From: Salpingoeca rosetta
Lineage: Eukaryota > Protista > Choanoflagellata
Assembly (NCBI GenBank): GCA_033442325.1
Contig: JAWQFM010000008.1
Coordinates: forward strand, 927,194 to 991,193
Direction: 5' to 3'
DNA: 64,000 bases
Part shown: positions 54,437 to 64,000 of the stretch, in pieces
Layout: every line of letters begins with the position of its first letter
Numbering within the stretch: the first letter of the stretch is position 1
Program-made: the position numbers and the translations under genes
Notes under the pieces: model-generated
The model's database searches: none
Told to the model about the DNA's origin: nothing
Seen by the model: only the letters and a program-made list of their open reading frames with translations

Positions 54437-54841
54437 CACATCACTCACACACACATCACATCACTCACACACATATCACACCACACCACAGGCGCGGCCG
54501 CAGATGAAGTGTGCGCGGGAAATCATCTCTGTGCCTGGCGGGGACGACACGCTGCGGGTGCACCTGAACAAGAAGAAGGAGCTGCGGATGACACAGGATA
54601 TGATTGACAGAGTGAGTGGGCCCTCACGATTGTGCTTGGCTTGCTGGTTGGATGGTTGTCTGGAAGTTTTGGTCGTGTGGTTGTTGTCTAACGCTGGCTC
54701 CTCGCCAACACACACAATTTCACAATCACACAATCTCACAATCACACAATCTCACAATCTCACAATCTCACACCCACACAATTTCACAATCACACACACA
54801 CACAATTTCACAATCACACACACACACACACAATTTCACAA

Positions 54842-54874
<33 letters not shown>

Positions 54875-55212
54875 ACGCGCGATGCTGCTGCGCTGCAGCA
54901 AAAGATGGGTGTTCTGAATGTGTTTATCAAGCGATACGTGCTGCGCATCCCGGCATCCGTCCCCCAACACACCGTACGTCTCTGATCCATCGCCTGTTCG
55001 CTTTGCCGCCTTTTCTCGCTTCACCCCGTTGCTGCCCCGTTGCTTCCAGGGCAAACACCGCACCCAACTCACCTCTTTCCTCACACAACACCACTCCACA
55101 CCACGCCAAACGACATGTGCAGGCGCAAATGATGCAGTCTGCCAAGCGCCACGCCGCGCTCTTTGACGAACCCGTGAAGCAGGCTAAGGCGGACACAGCA
55201 AGCAGCAAGTGA
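51700..55212 (+). CDS. KANSL3: KANSL3/NSL3 (NSL histone acetyltransferase complex subunit, alpha/beta-hydrolase-like fold)
   Basis: Spliced exons give DWSKERREAFARLVDTL...LADEA, RKLVLVGFGVGVK, VGGLICMAMIL, LESPVAFVVG and EIISVPGGDDTLRVHLNKKKELRMTQDMIDR. The last segment matches KANSL3 ([30 protein letters not shown]). Stop TGA is at 55210-55212. Confidence 0.85.
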
Positions 55213-55645
55213 CCACCTGCGAAGATACACCACGCGCCCTGAGCGCTTCCACTGCTGGTCGGTGGCCATTCGTCGCTTCCTGCTGTTGGTGTTTCTCCTT
55301 CATCATCGTATCGTCTCTGCTTCTCGCTTTCGCATGCTCCCTCTTTGTTTGTTGCCACTTGCAGTGTGCTTTGCTGTTGTTACCCAATCTCTCTGTCCCT
55401 ACTCTGTCCATACACGTTGTAAAAGCGATCATAGCTGTCACTTTACGTCTTCACATCCCTGGTGGTGGTGGTGCTGGTTTTACGAGGGGGTTTGCACAGC
55501 GCTAAGCGGAGAGGTACAACATAGAAGGGGTGGGTAACATCAATTAGCGCTGAAGCAGGACAGTAAGATGAGTCGTGCTGGCTCGTACGGTGAGCGAGCA
55601 AACACGAACACATGCAACAATACACAAAAAGGGGGAGAAACCAAA

Positions 55646-55680
<35 letters not shown>

Positions 55681-56194
55681 CATCACATCATGACAACAGG
55701 CACCGCAACGGACCGGAGAGATACGAAAGGCAGAGAGGCAGGTCAGCTACGACACGGGGGAAGAGAAGAAAGAAAAGAAAGACGCCACCACGGGGAGACA
55801 GTGCACGAGTAAGAACAGGCAAGAACGGGGAAGAAGGAAGGAAGAGCAGGCACGCAGGCCGGGTGCGCGATGCTGGTGAGCACACACCACCGGAACAACC
55901 AGGGTGACGAGCCCAACGGCAGCACGCGCAACTCAGAAACACGCAACCAGCGTGCCATAAACAGGAACAACACAAGTGTACGTCAATTGGACGGGGAAAG
56001 TGGAACACGTAGCAGTGGAATCCCCAACAAGAGGGCAGACGAGAGCATCAACAGCAGCGACGAAAGAACAACAGCAAATGTGTACACGCGCGCGTGCGAA
56101 TCCACAACCATACACAGACACGAGTTAGCTTGAACTCATGTGAATGCAAGAGTGTGAGAGACGGGCGTTTGCCGTTGCGTTGTCATTGCTGCGT

Positions 56195-57194
56195 CTACTC
56201 CAGGGAGGCCTTGTACTCGGCGACGGCCTGGTCGTACTCCTGCTTGAGCTCCTGCGCCTTGAGCTGGAAGGGCCTCTTCTGCTCCTCCGTCATGCCGCGC
56301 CACTCCTCGCCGGTGCGCTTGGCTGTGTCACTCACGCGGTCCTCCGGGTACTGGGCGCGCAGGGCGTCGCGGCGCGTTTCTGCAAACACAAAGTACGCCG
56401 ACTTGGGCTTCTTGGGCGCGTTGGGGTCCTTCTTCTTCTTGCTGTGGGACAGGAAAGCAAGAACTGTTGCGTGAGGGGTGATGTAAAGAGTGGTGGACGC
56501 GGATGATGAAGGCGAAAACAACGGTTTGTGCTTATTGGCTGCAAAATCAGGCTACAAAAAAGGTTCACTACACCCGCGTGCATATTCACCAGGATGCCAT
56601 GGACGACAACTCACCGGCGCCGGCCACCCTCCTCGAAGCCGGGAGTGGGGACGTAGTTCTTCATGGCCTCCTTGTAGCGCTCGCGGTCAGTGCGGGCCAT
56701 GTCGTTGTATGGCTTCTTCTCTGCATGGGCCAAGGAGACAAAAAGACAAGAAGAGACGTGCGTAGTGCGTATGAGCGACGATGAAAAAAGAAGGGCGAAG
56801 GAAACGAGGAAAAAGGCACCGAAAACACAGTTGGCAAGCGCGCAACCAGCCAGTGTCACGAGGTGACAATCACCATCACCAATCTCTCCACGCAGCAGCA
56901 ACAAGAACATGCACGTGAGTGACTCGTTTCTGACTGACGTTCGTCTGTGAGCTGGCGCCACTGGGCACCGATGAGCTTGGCAACCTCTGTGACGCTGGCG
57001 TTTGGATGCTGCTGCATAATGGCGGGGCGAACCTCCTTGTTGAAGCACTGTGGTGGGAAGCGGAGATGCAGTGCAGTTGCAGTGGAGAGGATATGGAGGT
57101 GAGGGGTAGAAGCGGCAGCGCAACACTCAACATGGCACAGGGGCATCGACCCAATGCGTGCGATATCAGCCAACGCTGGGCTGTGATTGTGCCA

Positions 57195-57245
<51 letters not shown>

Positions 57246-57683
57246 ACGTTTGCAGTCTGCCACGCACCATGTATGGCGTGAGGGCGCCACGAGGTTTGTT
57301 GGGGTCCTTCTTGCGGCGGGCACGGCGCTGCTTCTTGACCTTCACACTGCAATGGACAAGCAAGGCAACAAGGCACTCTATGGGTGAGAGGGAGGGGCGG
57401 GCTGGATAAACATGGGGGGGGGGGCTGAAGGCTATCGGTAACACAAGATATCAAGTCAAAAAAGACACGCACACACACACACACACTCTCTCTCTCTCTC
57501 CCGCAAGACTGAAACGAGTGACAGCAGGCGGAACGAGAGAAAGTAATGCAGAAAAAAAAAACACACACACAAGAGGCACAGAGGCACTTACGGCTTCTCC
57601 TCGATCTCAGGCTCCTCCTCATCATGCTCGTCGTCATCGTAGCCGTCGTTGTAGTCGTCGTAGTGCTCGTCGTCGGAAGACAT
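56195..57683 (-). CDS. Two-box HMG (HMGB-like) chromatin protein with acidic N-terminus, 5 coding exons
   Basis: The exons read MSSDDEHYDDYNDGYDDDEHDEEEPEIEEKP | KKDPNKPRGALTPYM | CFNKEVRPAIMQQHPNASVTEVAKLIGAQWRQLTDEQ | KKPYNDMARTDRERYKEAMKNY | KKKKDPNAPKKPKSAYFVFAETRR...GEEWRGMTEEQKRPFQLKAQELKQEY...ASLE*. Confidence 0.92.
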
Positions 57684-58994
57684 GATGGCGGTCTTGGGCT
57701 GTTGCTTGCTGTGTTCCAGTGATCGGAAAAAGGGTGACCTGGAAGAAAGCACAGGCGATGGATGATCACACAAGGCGGGATCGCAAACGCAGGAGGAGAC
57801 ATGGGAGGAGACAAAGAGAAACCAAAGCGCGTGTGAGTGATCGAGATCCAGGTGATGATGGTGTGATATCCAGGTGATGGTGAGATCAAACTGTGTGGTG
57901 TGTGTATGCGGTGTGCGTGCCAGAAGAAGGCGCGCGCGCAAATGTGGATGGCGCCAAATGGCCCATAACGGTCACACGTGGGAACAGCATCGGATATGGG
58001 TGGAAAGGAACAATGGCCGCGATGGTGTGTCAAGACACAAGGCACAGCAAGCAGCCAGCAAGAAGAGGGGGAAAAATGAGGCATGAGCCACCCAGACCAC
58101 ACGGCTTGGTGGTGGAAAGGGCTGGCTAGCCAAGCCAGGTATCAAAGGAGGTGCACAGCGGCAGCCATCCGAGCGAGAACAGGTGAACAAAGGCAGCAGG
58201 CATGGTTAACGGCAGGGCAGATGAAGCCGAAAACGGCCGACACGAACCAAGATGGCTGGCGTGTAACCACAGTTGAGGGATTAGAAAGGAGGGGGGAGTG
58301 CAAGTGGGGGGGATATGGGTGGAGAGGAGGGGGGAGTGGGCCTTGGGGGTGTATGGGGGGAGCCAACCACAGTAGCAGGTGGTTTTCAAGTTTTGGCGGT
58401 TTTTCTCCGCTGCACCGCTGTGCACACACACACACACACACACACACACCAGAGGCAGCACGCAGCGCACACACAAGAGAGAGAGGAGGCGCACCCACAC
58501 ACAGCACACACACAGAGGAGACAGGCGTGGGGGTTTGGCTTACCAGGCAGTTGTGTGTGTTATGTGCACAAGAGGAGAGTGTGTGGGAATCAAGCCGCAG
58601 CCGCGAACGCACACGAAGGCAGAGAAGAAAGCAAGCAAGAAAGAAAGAGGCAAAAAGGCGGGCAACAGCTTTCTGTGTGTGTGTGTGTGTGTGGCAGGGA
58701 AGAGGAGAGAAGGAAGAAGGCAGAAGAAGCGCAGGCAACGTCAAAAAAAAAAAAAGGAGCGCGAAGCACAAGCAACAAAGGGAAAAGGGCGCGAGGGTGC
58801 TTAGTTATTGAAGCGAGAGTCGCTATCCACCACCACAAGAAAACATCGTAACGACTCCAATATACGATTCGCTCAACGGACGCTGTGCGGAATTCATGGA
58901 AAACATCAACGAAAAACGGACAATAACAGTGGACTGCACCATAAAATGTGAAAACCGGACATTTGTCCAATCACAGCGACAGCGACAGGCAGAT

Positions 58995-63446
<4,452 letters not shown>

Positions 63447-63470
63447 CAAGCATGTGTGCCTGTGTGTGTG

Positions 63471-63519
<49 letters not shown>

Positions 63520-63682
63520 CACTTTCAATGCATCCACGTGTACAAACGACCTTTTACTGCTAATGGGTGGATCGGTTATTGCAAGTGTCACCATCAACGT
63601 GTTCGTATCATGCCAGCCAACAGCCAATGATAAACAAACGCCACAATGAATAGCGTCGAGTGCATTTGCCTGACATGAGATA

Positions 63683-64000
63683 TTACACTCTCCTTGACAC
63701 CTCAATCTCAACACTCGTCGCAGGGGACTGAAGGCCACGCCCGCACGTGAGCGAATGGTGAATAAGTGTGTGCGTGCGTGAGTGTGTGCGTGTGTGCGTG
63801 CGTGTGTGTGCGCGAGTGTGTGAGTGTGCGTGTATGTGACAGAACAAGCGTGAGATGTGAGGTTACAATGAGATGTTGGTGCAAGTGGATGGATTGGAGT
63901 ACGACACAGGACAAAACACGCACCTCACGCGGACACACACGCAAACGCATGTGCGTGTGTGTGACAGCGTACCCAAGTGGTGAGAGTGGCGAGACAGGTG
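63683..64000 (-). CDS. Possible 3' end of a gene continuing beyond the window
   Basis: There is an exon-like segment at 64000-63973 with a GT donor, a CA-rich intron 3' end, and a terminal segment that can read SPATSVEIEVSRRV* (TAA at 63683-63685). It is too short to identify. Confidence 0.3.

Overview
This is intron-rich eukaryotic DNA of about 55-60% GC, with introns packed with (TG)n/(CA)n and trinucleotide microsatellites. Gene content and intron style point to a choanoflagellate, most likely Salpingoeca rosetta (inference). Most of the six-frame ORFs are microsatellite artefacts, so I rebuilt genes exon by exon from GT-AG boundaries. In order, the genes are: 3' part of CCDC22 (+); a LOXHD1-like protein with about 17 PLAT domains (-); ATP-type PEP carboxykinase (-); a 2xPTB tyrosine kinase of the choanoflagellate HMTK type with an HLD catalytic loop (+); an unknown protein (-); an intronless YTT-repeat mucin-like type I membrane protein (+); a GH25 protist-type lysozyme (+); RNF123/KPC1 (-); a STRA6-family membrane protein with a signal peptide and an apparent MRH-like ectodomain (+); a PKR1-like V-ATPase assembly factor (-); a secreted fibrinogen/intelectin-like protein (+); KANSL3 (+); a two-box HMG protein (-); and ALG8 (+). 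There are three assembly gaps. The most notable findings are the STRA6 homologue with a candidate lectin-fold ectodomain, a transcript-polarised 5'-(UG)n...(CA)n-3' intron architecture, and the LOXHD1-like protein with one PLAT domain split by large charged inserts. All family assignments come from remembered motifs, not database searches.
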